Source: an uncultured Thermodesulfobacteriota bacterium
GTDB lineage: Bacteria > Desulfobacterota > S145-22
Length of the DNA: 64,000 nt
NCBI GenBank assembly: GCA_964577975.1
Contig: CAZOBB010000026.1
Span: 3,120 to 67,119, forward strand
Direction: 5' to 3'
How positions within the stretch are numbered: position 1 is the first letter of the stretch; each line of letters starts with the position of its first letter. The position numbers and the translations under genes were made by a program. The notes under the pieces are model-generated. The model was given only the letters and a program-made list of their open reading frames with translations. It ran no database searches and had not been told where the DNA came from. Shown piece after piece: positions 37,826-47,612 of the stretch.

Positions 37826-40021
37826 CTATTTGTAGATTTTTGGGGCGAGAACCTTTCTCGGTTTTACACCGTCGGAAGGAGCCACGATTCCCTCTTCCTC
37901 CATTTTTTCGACGATTCTGGCGGCCCGGTTGTAGCCAATACGGAAACGCCGTTGAATCATGGAGATGGAGGCTTGGCCTACTTCCGTCACGAAGGCAACC
38001 GCTTCGTCATATTTCTCGTCGTACTCATCGTCGCTGCTTGTCCGGTCCAGCGATGTCTTTGCTTCTTCTACTTTAGAAAGATCGACATAATCGGGATTCC
38101 CTTGTTTTTTGAGGAAGCGGACCACTTTACTGATCTCTCCCCCGGAAATATAGGCGCCGTGGAGTCGAATCATCTGTGAAGTACCCGGGGGAAGAAAGAG
38201 CATGTCACCTTGTCCCAACAGACTTTCCGCCCCCACGTGATCCAGTATCGTCCGGGAATCGGTTTTTGAAGCCACGCGAAAAGAGATACGGGCCGGGAAA
38301 TTTGCCTTGATGATCCCAGTAAGCACGTCCACAGAAGGTCGCTGCGTCGCGAGAATCAAATGTATTCCGACGGCCCTCGCCATCTGGGCAAGACGTGTGA
38401 TGGCACCTTCCACGTCTTTGGAGGCGGTGAGCATTAAATCTGCCAATTCGTCGATGATAACCACGATATAAGGTAGCCCTTCGGGTTTTTCTTCCTCGAC
38501 GGCCGTGGGGGATGGGGCCGTTTTTCGTTTCTTTTTCTTCATGAGGTCATGATATTGGATGATGTTTCGGACGCCGAAATCCGCGAGATAGGCGTATCGG
38601 CGTTCCATTTCGTCCACCACCCATACAAGCGATTTTGCGGCCGTTTTGGGATCGGTGACTACCGGCATCAAAAGGTGGGGGATCTCTTCGTAAAGGGACA
38701 ACTCCAGCATCTTGGGGTCGATCATGAGGAATCTTACCTGGCTGGGGGTCAGTTTGTAGACAAGACTCGTGATCATACAATTGAGGGCCACGCTTTTGCC
38801 CGAACCCGTGGAGCCCGCTACGAGAAGATGCGGCATTTGGGAAAGGTCCGTGACGTAAGGATTACCGGCTATGTCTTTTCCTAAAGCAAGAGGGAGCTTA
38901 AGTTTGGGATTTTGGAACGCTTCGTCTTCCAGAATGGGTCGCAGAAGGACAGGCTCTCTGTTTTGGTTGGGAATTTCGATGCCTACCACGGATTTCCCGG
39001 GGATGGGTGCCACGATACGAATACTGATGGCGCTTAAAGCCATCGCAAGATCGTCGCTAAGATTCACAATGCGGCTGAGTTTTATCCCTGGAGCCGGTTC
39101 GAATTCATAGACGGTAATGATAGGGCCAGGATTTACCCTCACGACACGCCCGTCGATCCCGTAATCGCTCAATTTGTTCAGCAAAATCTTGGAGTTGAAT
39201 TTGAGAACCTCTTCGTCTACCGTGGGACCGGAACGGGGCTGCTCCTTTAAGAGGGAAAGAGGTGGGAGAAGGAATTCCTTGGCGCCTTCCGGCTGTTCCA
39301 TGAACGTGAAATGTTCCTGTTTGGGTGGTTTTTTCTTTTCTTCTTTTTGGGGAATCTCGAGGCTGATTTCTGGAAATTCTTCATCCCATTTAAGCCGTTT
39401 TTCCTTGGCAACCACGGCTTTTTGGCGTTTCATCCTCTCCTTTTGAATAGTGGCTTTGTCCCGCACTTTGGCTACCCATTTCTTCGGTAGTGCAAGGAGA
39501 GGTTTCAAAAGGCTGAGAACCGATCGGTTGATTAAAAGGGTCATGGCGACCCACGTAAGGATGAGGTAGATAAGAAACGCGCCGAGTTTCCCCACGTAGG
39601 TGGTGCTGAGATGATTAAGAAATGTTCCTGACACGCCGGCGGTAGGAACCACATTTCCAAAAAAAGAGAGTTTAGGGGTAAAAAGATTGAAAATAAGACT
39701 TATGGAAAACCCTATAATGAGGAGGGAGAGGTTTTTTGCAAAAATTTTGATGAAAGGGGGAGGAGAAAAGCAGAAAATGGCATCCAAAAGGAGAAGAAGG
39801 GGAAAGGTGAAGCCGGCAAGACCGAAGAGTTGAAAAATGAGGTCGGCGATAACGGCTCCAGAATAACCTAGAAGGTTGTGGATTGGTTGGGAGCCAATAG
39901 GACGCGCGACATTGAATGACGGATCCTTCGGCGAATAGGATAGCAGGCTGATGCCGATGAATACCGCTGTCGCAAGGAGTAATACTCCTGCTATTTCCCT
40001 TGCCATATTACCTTTTTTCAT
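37826..40021 (-). CDS. ftsK: DNA translocase FtsK
   Basis: It has N-terminal TM helices, a linker, and a motor domain with Walker A (GSTGSGKS) and a gamma domain (wHTH) at the C-terminus. Confidence 0.9.
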   Translation of the reverse strand: MKKGNMAREIAGVLLLATAVFIGISLLSYSPKDPSFNVARPIGSQPIHNLLGYSGAVIADLIFQLFGLAGFTFPLLLLLDAIFCFSPPPFIKIFAKNLSLLIIGFSISLIFNLFTPKLSFFGNVVPTAGVSGTFLNHLSTTYVGKLGAFLIYLILTWVAMTLLINRSVLSLLKPLLALPKKWVAKVRDKATIQKERMKRQKAVVAKEKRLKWDEEFPEISLEIPQKEEKKKPPKQEHFTFMEQPEGAKEFLLPPLSLLKEQPRSGPTVDEEVLKFNSKILLNKLSDYGIDGRVVRVNPGPIITVYEFEPAPGIKLSRIVNLSDDLAMALSAISIRIVAPIPGKSVVGIEIPNQNREPVLLRPILEDEAFQNPKLKLPLALGKDIAGNPYVTDLSQMPHLLVAGSTGSGKSVALNCMITSLVYKLTPSQVRFLMIDPKMLELSLYEEIPHLLMPVVTDPKTAAKSLVWVVDEMERRYAYLADFGVRNIIQYHDLMKKKKRKTAPSPTAVEEEKPEGLPYIVVIIDELADLMLTASKDVEGAITRLAQMARAVGIHLILATQRPSVDVLTGIIKANFPARISFRVASKTDSRTILDHVGAESLLGQGDMLFLPPGTSQMIRLHGAYISGGEISKVVRFLKKQGNPDYVDLSKVEEAKTSLDRTSSDDEYDEKYDEAVAFVTEVGQASISMIQRRFRIGYNRAARIVEKMEEEGIVAPSDGVKPRKVLAPKIYK

Positions 40022-40038
40022 TCAAACTCCACAACAAG

Positions 40039-41706
40039 TTACATTTCCAAGACAATGGGCAGTATCATAGGGCGCCGTTTGAGGCGGGCGTTAAAAAACC
40101 TCTTCAAAACCTTGCTGATTTCACCTTGAAGCTCGGTGGGGTCTTTGCGTCTTTCCGCGTTCGCGTCTAGAATGGTCTTCTTGACGAGATTCTTGGCCTC
40201 TTGGAGCATCTCTTGATGAAAATCTTCATAGATAAAACCCCGGCTTATGAGGTTCGGCTCGCTTACCATCTCCCCATTTTCTCCATCCAATACGCAAAGG
40301 GTGACGACAAGTCCGTCTTCCGACAGATGCTTACGATCCCGTAAAACGAGAGTACCCACGTCACCCACACCCTTTCCGTCGATGAAGACTTTTCCCACCG
40401 GAGCCCGTCCCTCTTTACGGATACCGTCGGAGGACACACAGACGATATCCCCATCTTCCGCAAGGAGGAGGGACGCCTCGGGAAATCCCATGGATTTGGC
40501 TAAATTGATGTGTTTGGCAAGGAGTCTTACCTCTCCATGAATGGGCATGAAGAAGGAAGGTTTGACTAAATTAAGCATCATTTTGAGCTCTTCCTGATAG
40601 GCATGGCCGGAGGTGTGAACGGTTTTTACCTGTTCGTAGACTACTTCCGCTCCTTTTCTATAAAGTTGGTTGATGATCCGTGTGATAGCCCGTTCGTTTC
40701 CGGGAATGAATCGGGAGGAGAAGACGACCGTGTCGCCTGGCCGGATTTGGATATATTTATGGGCGCTTGTCGCCATCAACGAAAGGGCGGAATAGGGCTC
40801 CCCTTGACTCCCCGTCGTGATCATGGTGATTTGCTCGTCTTTGTAAGAATTGAGATCTCGGTAGTCGATGAGGAGGTCCTCCGGGACGTGGAGGATCCCG
40901 AGTTTGCTGGCGCTTTCAATGTTATCCACGATGCTTCGGCCGATCAAGGCAACCTTCTTGCCGAGTTTATGGGCGCTTTCAAGGATTCCTTGCATCCTTC
41001 GAATGTTCGAGGCAAAAACGGTGATAATGACGCGACCCTCGCTGTCGGCAAGGATTTTTTCAAGGCGCCCCTTTACCCGTTGTTCGGAAAGGCTGAACCC
41101 TTCATAGTCGGCGTTCGTGCTGTCTGACATGAGGAGGAGAACCCCTTTGTCCCCGTATTCGGCGAACCTGTTGAGGTCGATCATGCTGTCCCCCAAAGGG
41201 GTTTGATCGATTTTGAAGTCCCCCGTGTGGATGATGGTTCCGGCCGGTGTATTGATGGCAAGTCCCACGCCTTCGGCAATGCTGTGGTTTACCCCGATGA
41301 ATTCGAATTTCACGTCATTGATCTTGAGCACGTCCCTCGGCTTGATTTTTCTCAATCTCGCGGGACGGTCGAGCTCGAATTCTTGAAGTTTTCTCTCCAC
41401 CAACTCTAAAGTAAACGCCGTGCCGTAAACGGGAACGTTTATCTCTTTGAGAAGAAAAGGGAGGGCTCCTATATGGTCTTCGTGGCCATGGGTTAAAAGT
41501 AGGGCGCGTACGCGCTCTTTTCGTTCTATAAGGTAGGTGAAGTCGGGAATGACGAAGTCGATCCCGAGCATGTACTCTTCCGGAAACATCAAACCGGCGT
41601 CAATGACAAAGATGTCCTCTCCTATTTCGAGAACCATCATGTTGCATCCGATTTCACCTAGTCCACCTAGTGGAATAATGCGTATTTCGTTTTTATTATT
41701 TGTCAT
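40039..41706 (-). CDS. rnj: ribonuclease J
   Basis: It has a metallo-beta-lactamase HxHxDH motif (LLTHGHEDHIGALP), a beta-CASP domain and a C-terminal domain, at 555 aa. Confidence 0.85.
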   Translation of the reverse strand: MTNNKNEIRIIPLGGLGEIGCNMMVLEIGEDIFVIDAGLMFPEEYMLGIDFVIPDFTYLIERKERVRALLLTHGHEDHIGALPFLLKEINVPVYGTAFTLELVERKLQEFELDRPARLRKIKPRDVLKINDVKFEFIGVNHSIAEGVGLAINTPAGTIIHTGDFKIDQTPLGDSMIDLNRFAEYGDKGVLLLMSDSTNADYEGFSLSEQRVKGRLEKILADSEGRVIITVFASNIRRMQGILESAHKLGKKVALIGRSIVDNIESASKLGILHVPEDLLIDYRDLNSYKDEQITMITTGSQGEPYSALSLMATSAHKYIQIRPGDTVVFSSRFIPGNERAITRIINQLYRKGAEVVYEQVKTVHTSGHAYQEELKMMLNLVKPSFFMPIHGEVRLLAKHINLAKSMGFPEASLLLAEDGDIVCVSSDGIRKEGRAPVGKVFIDGKGVGDVGTLVLRDRKHLSEDGLVVTLCVLDGENGEMVSEPNLISRGFIYEDFHQEMLQEAKNLVKKTILDANAERRKDPTELQGEISKVLKRFFNARLKRRPMILPIVLEM

Positions 41707-42448
41707 GTTTTTCTCTTTTATTTTGATCTGTGAGAGTTGTAGGTTCCAAAAGGGAAGAAAGGGCTTGAAAGACCTTTCTTTTCAAGATTTCTTTTTCTTT
41801 TGTTTTGAATCCACTGGTCGGGATGGGTGATCCAATGCGGATGGTAACGGGTTTTGGGTAAATCCAAAAACTTCCGACAGGTTTGACCTCAAAGGTTCCG
41901 ATCAAGGCGGTTGGTATGATGGGAACTTGTGATTTGATGGCAAGCACAAACCCACCGCTTTTGAAGGGGAGGAGATGTCCGTCTTTGGATCGGGTGCCTT
42001 CAGGAAAAACAACGACAGACACGCCCTCTTGAATCTTTTTTGCGGCTTCATTCAGGCTTCTTACTGCATCCCTTGGGTTGTCCCGATTGATGGAAATGTA
42101 GCCGGCCCGGCGCATGGCGGGCCCAAAGATGGGAATCTTGAACAGTTCTTCTTTGGCCAGCCACCGAAACGAAACGGGCAAGCCCGCGAGAAGTACAAAA
42201 ATATCAAAGGCGCTTTGATGGTTGGCCATAAAGATACAAGGGGTATGACGCGCAAGCTCATGAATGTTACCTTGGAGATGGATCCTGACGCCGGAAAAAA
42301 AGAGGAGAGTTTTTGCCCAGATTCTGGCTATCTGATGAGCCCCATTTCCTTGCCGATCCACCAGCGATACGGTAAATGCTAGAATGGAAAAGAGAATAGT
42401 AAACACCACCAATGCTATCCAATAAAGGAGTGTCCGAAAAATCCACAT
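41696..42448 (-). CDS. plsC: 1-acyl-sn-glycerol-3-phosphate acyltransferase (lysophospholipid acyltransferase)
   Basis: It has an HX4D motif (NHQSAFD), an FPEGTRS motif and an N-terminal TM helix. Confidence 0.75.
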   Translation of the reverse strand: MWIFRTLLYWIALVVFTILFSILAFTVSLVDRQGNGAHQIARIWAKTLLFFSGVRIHLQGNIHELARHTPCIFMANHQSAFDIFVLLAGLPVSFRWLAKEELFKIPIFGPAMRRAGYISINRDNPRDAVRSLNEAAKKIQEGVSVVVFPEGTRSKDGHLLPFKSGGFVLAIKSQVPIIPTALIGTFEVKPVGSFWIYPKPVTIRIGSPIPTSGFKTKEKEILKRKVFQALSSLLEPTTLTDQNKREKHDK

Positions 42449-42467
42449 AACGAAACTTATAGTAATC

Positions 42468-43247
42468 CTAACTGTTGAACCGGCTTTTTAGGTTTTCCAA
42501 GATGGTTTTCACCTCTCCTCGTATCTTTTCGTCAATATCGAAGGGGGAAATTCCCTTACGATCCGCCTCGAGAACCTTGGGGTTGTATTCCATCCATCCC
42601 AGGATAGGGAAGGTCTTCAGGTTTTCTTCAATCACTTTTTGATCATCTTTCGATTGAATCTTATTCCCCACGATGTAAACTCGTTTAATTCCAAGATCGG
42701 CGGCGAGTTTCTTTATCTGTAGAGCCGTTTGGATGCTTCGCATTCCCGGTTCGACCACGACTATGAAAGCGTCGACATAACCTGTGGAGCCCCGTCCCAA
42801 ATGCTCAAGCCCCGCTTCCATGTCCACGATCACGGTTTCGTTTCTTTGGATGAAGAGATGGCTAAGAAGGTTTTTCAACAGCACGTTTTCCGGGCAAAAA
42901 CATCCCCCCCCGCCCTGGGGCACGCTCCCTAAAATTAAGAGCTTGACCCCTTCGTGATCTATGCTAAACCTTTCTGGAATATCGTCAACCTTTGGGTTCA
43001 ATTTGAAAATGGAGCCGTAACTTCCCTTTTTCGTTTCCGTCCGCTCCTCAATGAAATGGGTCATTTCCGCCAGCGGAGTGACTCCCCTCATTTTCTCTAA
43101 AGGCACGCCAACGGCAGAAGCCAGGTTGGCATCCGGATCCGCGTCGATGGCGAGTACGGTTTCGTTTTGTTGGGAGAGAGTTCGAGCCATCACGCCTGCT
43201 AACGTGGTTTTACCGACTCCCCCCTTTCCTGAGATTGCAATCTTCAT
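42468..43247 (-). CDS. CooC/AcsF-like MinD-superfamily P-loop ATPase (putative Ni-insertion accessory protein)
   Basis: It has a deviant Walker A (GKGGVGKTT) and a CxC motif (GCFCPEN) at the position used by CooC for metal binding. No CODH/ACS gene is in the window. Confidence 0.55.
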   Translation of the reverse strand: MKIAISGKGGVGKTTLAGVMARTLSQQNETVLAIDADPDANLASAVGVPLEKMRGVTPLAEMTHFIEERTETKKGSYGSIFKLNPKVDDIPERFSIDHEGVKLLILGSVPQGGGGCFCPENVLLKNLLSHLFIQRNETVIVDMEAGLEHLGRGSTGYVDAFIVVVEPGMRSIQTALQIKKLAADLGIKRVYIVGNKIQSKDDQKVIEENLKTFPILGWMEYNPKVLEADRKGISPFDIDEKIRGEVKTILENLKSRFNS

Positions 43248-43360
43248 ATTTTCCTCCTGCCGTGTTGCATACCTCTACGAATGGTGGTAATTATTTGGCA
43301 CAGAATGGCATTTAGGTTAGCAAAAACTAACAATTCTCAAATATATTGTCAAGAAGAGCA

Positions 43361-44146
43361 ATGAATATAGCTGTTATTCCTGCTCGATTTGGATCGACGC
43401 GTTTCCCAGGGAAGCCTCTCGCCCTCATTAAGGGACGTCCCATGTTGTGGCATGTATACCAACGAGCTGCTCGCGCCAAACTTATCGATGAAGTTTGGGT
43501 CGCCACAGATGACGAAAGGATCTATCAGGCCGTTAAATCCTGGGATGGCAATGTGGTTATGACGCGGAAGGATCACCCTTCCGGGACGGATCGAGTAGCG
43601 GAAGCCATCTCGGAGCTTTCATGCGAAATCGTGGTGAATGTTCAGGGAGACGAGCCGATGATAGATCCCGCTATCATCGATGCCGTTGTTGATCCCCTGG
43701 TCCGGAACAAGTCTCTTGGAATCGTGACACCCATCACGAAGATATGCACGAAAGATGATATTTTTGATCCGTCAGTAGTAAAGGTGGTTAGAGATGCGGA
43801 AGGGTTTGCCCTCTATTTTTCCCGGGCGCCCATCCCATATGCTAGGGATGTGAAACATTTTCAACCACACCTTGGGGATGCCGACGAGAAAAAAAACAGA
43901 TTGGAATTAGCTCGTCATCCCTACTACAGACACATAGGGCTTTACGCCTTTCATAGGGAAACCCTATCGAGATTCTGTTCTCTTCCCCCTTCCGAGTTAG
44001 AGAATACGGAGAGACTCGAGCAACTGAGGGCACTTGCCTATGGAATCCCGATCTATACGGTTGTGGTGGAGTACTTCGGAGTAGGAGTGGATTACCCCCG
44101 AGATCTCGCTGTGGTGGAACGACTTTTGTCGGACAATGGAGAGTAG
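43361..44146 (+). CDS. kdsB: 3-deoxy-manno-octulosonate cytidylyltransferase (CMP-Kdo synthetase)
   Basis: It has the KdsB N-terminus (MNIAVIPARFGSTRFPGKPL) and motifs throughout. The start is at the internal ATG. Confidence 0.85.
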   Translation: MNIAVIPARFGSTRFPGKPLALIKGRPMLWHVYQRAARAKLIDEVWVATDDERIYQAVKSWDGNVVMTRKDHPSGTDRVAEAISELSCEIVVNVQGDEPMIDPAIIDAVVDPLVRNKSLGIVTPITKICTKDDIFDPSVVKVVRDAEGFALYFSRAPIPYARDVKHFQPHLGDADEKKNRLELARHPYYRHIGLYAFHRETLSRFCSLPPSELENTERLEQLRALAYGIPIYTVVVEYFGVGVDYPRDLAVVERLLSDNGE

Positions 44147-44169
44147 CACCTGATCGAAGCTATCGAAGG

Positions 44170-46326
44170 TTAGTATTCGTCGTTTTGCCACATCCCTTTC
44201 TCGAAGACTACCACACGATTCCTTCCCATTTCTTTGGCCTTGTAAAGTGCTACATCGGCGTATTTTACGCATTGCCAGAAATTTTGCGTGTCGTCCGGGT
44301 AAACGGAAACCCCGATGCTTATAGTTTTCTTTAGGACGCTTCCCGTAAGCTTAAACGAGTAGTTTTCCACAGTTTCGCGAATTTTATCCGCAAGTTTTGG
44401 TGCCATATCTATTTCGACATCAACAAGAAGGATGAGAAATTCCTCTCCCCCATACCGTATTACGATGTCTGAACGACGGACACTTTCTTTAAGGAGTCGT
44501 GCCACACTTCTTAGAATTTTGTCTCCAACTTCATGTCCAAAATTGTCGTTCACTTGCTTGAAAAAGTCGATATCTACCATCAGAACACCCATGTGGGTTT
44601 TCCGACGTATGATCCCCGCCGTCAAGGTGTCTACAGAATCGCTAAGGTATCGGCGGTTCAAAAGCCCAGTCAGGGCGTCCCGGGTTGATGTGTCCCGTAA
44701 AAGTCCCACGAGGCGTTTGGATCCGATGACCGGTGAGCATTCAGATAAATACGTTTTGAGGCGACCTAGCGTTCCGATAATTTTCTGCTTCTTGTCTTTT
44801 GGCATGACAATCTGTAACACGGCGCCAGTCGTGTCTCCGACAATCATGGGAATACACAGATAGGTCTTGTTTTCATCACCGGCGAACTTGGGACAAACAC
44901 GGAAATCGTCAAAACCGGCAACCTCTTTAGAGGTACGTTTGGCACGACAGTGATTCGCGTCCGTTAATATTTCACTGTCACACCACAAATTCCCCTTTTT
45001 CGGGGTGCCCTCTACGATTACTGGAATTAAATGATTCTTACTGTTGTTGACTTCGTAAATGGTGAAATTGTCAAGATGAAACTGCTCTTTTAGCAACACA
45101 GCTATACGGCGGTATACATCCGTCAGCGATTCATCATCTTCCACCAACGATTTGAAACGTTTTAAATTATCCATTTCTTCCATGAAGCGGTTGAAGGCGG
45201 CTGCAACGGCTCCAATTTCATCTTTTCTTGACCTTTTCAAGCGAAAACTGAGGTCTGCCGTTCCCGTGGCGAGCTGGTGGAGGGCCTCGGTAATCACGGA
45301 GAGGGGACGGGTAATGCTCTTTTCTGTCAATTCGAGGATGATGGCAAGGATACAAAAGGCCACGGTGAAGAAGGCTATGATTCCAAAAGCGGTCTTTTTG
45401 AAGGATGCCAGCCGTTCCGTGTAGTCCTTACCGTATACAGTAACACCCACCACGTTTCCTGTAATATCTTTGATGGGAAAGACGAAAATCCCCTTGAAAG
45501 ATTTGAAGTGAAATGAGTTGCCTTTCAACCCTCTGACGAGAAGCGTAGGCGTTAGAAGCTGTTCAAACTCTGGATCACCTGTGGAAAGGACCTTGACAAA
45601 CTGGGACCTTTCAACCCTTTTTGAAATGGCGTGGGGAACCTTTAGGAGACTGCTTCGCAAGACATAAATGATGAGACTTTCGGTCGAGATACCTTGAAAA
45701 ATGGTCGTGATTCGTTTAAGAGGGAAGAAACATTCTACAGAACCCAAATGATTTTCCTCGTCATCAATGGAGGCGATACCCCGGATAAGGATACCTTCTT
45801 TTCCTACCTCTATGCCCATCAGGGATTGATGGGTTTTGTTGACTTTTAGGATCGAAGGGCGAAATTTGCTTAAATCATCTCCCCCATCGTGATCTCCGGG
45901 TTTTTTCCATAATCGGAGAAGACTGTTGGCTGGGGGATAATGAAATTGAATATTTAGTGTTTCCTTCTCACCCGAGGTCTCCTTTATTTTTTTGAGGATG
46001 GGAATCATCCAACCCCTTAAAAAGTTTTGTGTGTCTTTGAGATAGACTGCCTTTTCTTCAGGAGTCGGATTTTCCGAAATTAGATCAAAGAGACGATACG
46101 CATCACGAACGGCTGGAAAGACGGCGAGGGTTGCTGCAATCGTTAGGGCCTCTTGGGAGATGTTACGAATATGGTTTTCGATGATTTTTCGCGCCGTGAT
46201 GGCGTTTTCCTTGAACTCCGTTTTGATGGATTGAACGAGGTAGTATCGAAATAAAAAAGCAAACGTCGCCCCCACGATAAAGAAAAAGATAAGGGTGGGA
46301 AAGAGTATGCGGTAACGAATTTTCAT
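44170..46326 (-). CDS. membrane-anchored sensor diguanylate cyclase (periplasmic sensor - HAMP - GAF-like - GGDEF)
   Basis: It has an N-terminal TM helix, a ~280-aa extracytoplasmic domain, a second TM helix plus HAMP, and a GGDEF with an RYGGEEF active site. Confidence 0.8.
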   Translation of the reverse strand: MKIRYRILFPTLIFFFIVGATFAFLFRYYLVQSIKTEFKENAITARKIIENHIRNISQEALTIAATLAVFPAVRDAYRLFDLISENPTPEEKAVYLKDTQNFLRGWMIPILKKIKETSGEKETLNIQFHYPPANSLLRLWKKPGDHDGGDDLSKFRPSILKVNKTHQSLMGIEVGKEGILIRGIASIDDEENHLGSVECFFPLKRITTIFQGISTESLIIYVLRSSLLKVPHAISKRVERSQFVKVLSTGDPEFEQLLTPTLLVRGLKGNSFHFKSFKGIFVFPIKDITGNVVGVTVYGKDYTERLASFKKTAFGIIAFFTVAFCILAIILELTEKSITRPLSVITEALHQLATGTADLSFRLKRSRKDEIGAVAAAFNRFMEEMDNLKRFKSLVEDDESLTDVYRRIAVLLKEQFHLDNFTIYEVNNSKNHLIPVIVEGTPKKGNLWCDSEILTDANHCRAKRTSKEVAGFDDFRVCPKFAGDENKTYLCIPMIVGDTTGAVLQIVMPKDKKQKIIGTLGRLKTYLSECSPVIGSKRLVGLLRDTSTRDALTGLLNRRYLSDSVDTLTAGIIRRKTHMGVLMVDIDFFKQVNDNFGHEVGDKILRSVARLLKESVRRSDIVIRYGGEEFLILLVDVEIDMAPKLADKIRETVENYSFKLTGSVLKKTISIGVSVYPDDTQNFWQCVKYADVALYKAKEMGRNRVVVFEKGMWQNDEY

Positions 46327-46398
46327 TTATTAACCAATTCTTCAATCGTTAAAGATGATCTGTTCCCTCTTTAATCATAAGAGAGGATTTTTGCCAAT

Positions 46399-46743
46399 CT
46401 AATCAGAGATTATCCCTACCTTTCTCAGATAATCTTCTCTGGGGGGAGAGAAAACCTCAAGGACCTTGCTGTCTTTCACAACTTTAGCTTTATGGGAAAC
46501 ATTTGGGGGAATCGTCCAGACATCTCCCGGGTAAACGGCAAAGGTTTCGTCCCCGATGGAGAGTTCCATCTCACCTTCGAGTAATGTTCCCGTTTGTTCA
46601 TAGACGTGGTCGTGGAGGGGTAAAAGGCTTCCCGCGTCGAGAAGGAACATGGCGGTGAGTGTTTTTTCCCCGTATCCCACAACTTTGATGGAAATCCCGG
46701 GTATCAAGGGGGTGAAACCTTCGCTGTTGGAGGGAGTAAACAT
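46399..46743 (-). CDS. cupin domain protein
   Basis: It has a small beta-barrel with His-rich motifs (LHDHVYEQTG...PPNVSHKA). Confidence 0.6.
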   Translation of the reverse strand: MFTPSNSEGFTPLIPGISIKVVGYGEKTLTAMFLLDAGSLLPLHDHVYEQTGTLLEGEMELSIGDETFAVYPGDVWTIPPNVSHKAKVVKDSKVLEVFSPPREDYLRKVGIISD

Positions 46744-46758
46744 GATAAGGAATCTCCT

Positions 46759-47490
46759 CTATTTCCTTTCTAATTTGGCTAGTTGCTTTCGCCAATATGT
46801 ATTGGCGTTCTTGATATAGGTGTCAGGTGGAACTATGGGCTTTTCCAATTGTTCCTTAAGTTCTTGGGAGAGTTCCCCTCTTTCCACAACCTCTTTCCCG
46901 GCTTTTTCCAATAGTTTTTTATACTTCCTAACAAGTGGTTTGACTAGAAGGCTTTTGGCTCTAAGAATTTCACCGCCGGCCCGGTAAATTTCCATGATAA
47001 CTTGCGTGTGCATGTTGAGGGCTACACGTTCGAAAAGGTGATGCACCACCTGGAAATGCTCTAGCTGGGGAAAACCTGAATTGCAGATTACCCCGATTTT
47101 GGGAAATGATTCGAAACGAAGAGGGTGCCTAGAAACGCCGTCTATTTCAATAAATGTTGGGAGTATCCCTGGTAGCATCCTATCCATAAAGACCTTCATT
47201 TGGCCTGAAACACAATCCACGTAGAGGGGGGAGGCAAAGATGAGAAGATCACATCCCCATATCTTGGAAAGAATTTCACGCATATCATCTTGTTGGATGC
47301 ATTCTCCGGGTGTTTTAATCCAACAGGCGAAACAACCTTTGCATGGCAGGATAGTTTTCTCTGCTAGAAGCACAATTTCCGTTTCAGCTCCTTTGGAGGC
47401 TGCTCCCTTCAAGAAGGAGGTTAGCATGGTTTGGGTGTTGCTCGACTGACCTCTCGGGCTTCCATTGATGGCTAGGATCTTCAACGACAT
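46759..47490 (-). CDS. flavodoxin-like NAD(P)H-dependent FMN reductase / iron-sulfur flavoprotein family
   Basis: It has the family signature (ILAINGSPRGQSSNT...CKGCFACW). The start is at the internal Met MSLKIL. Confidence 0.6.
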   Translation of the reverse strand: MSLKILAINGSPRGQSSNTQTMLTSFLKGAASKGAETEIVLLAEKTILPCKGCFACWIKTPGECIQQDDMREILSKIWGCDLLIFASPLYVDCVSGQMKVFMDRMLPGILPTFIEIDGVSRHPLRFESFPKIGVICNSGFPQLEHFQVVHHLFERVALNMHTQVIMEIYRAGGEILRAKSLLVKPLVRKYKKLLEKAGKEVVERGELSQELKEQLEKPIVPPDTYIKNANTYWRKQLAKLERK

Positions 47491-47612
47491 CTCCTTTGTA
47501 ATCTTTTTCTCGTCATGACCAAGTCTTTTTATCTCAAAAATACCAAAAAATGGCAAGGTTGCTTTTGGGGACAGGTCTTGCATTTTTCGTGGAAGGGATT
47601 ATTATTATGCCC

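Noticed and set aside
43293-43310. TGGCACagaaTGGCA resembling a sigma-54 -24/-12 promoter upstream of kdsB
   Set aside because: The GG-to-GC spacing is one nucleotide too short (9 instead of 10 intervening nt). No enhancer-binding protein or other sigma-54 signal is nearby, so it is most likely chance.
47550-47612. Upstream extension (MARLLLGTGLAFFVEGIIIMP) of the Y1 transposase-like ORF
   Set aside because: Y1 transposases start directly with the MARxRR...YH motif. The extension would overlap the divergent flavoprotein gene start region and has no SD.
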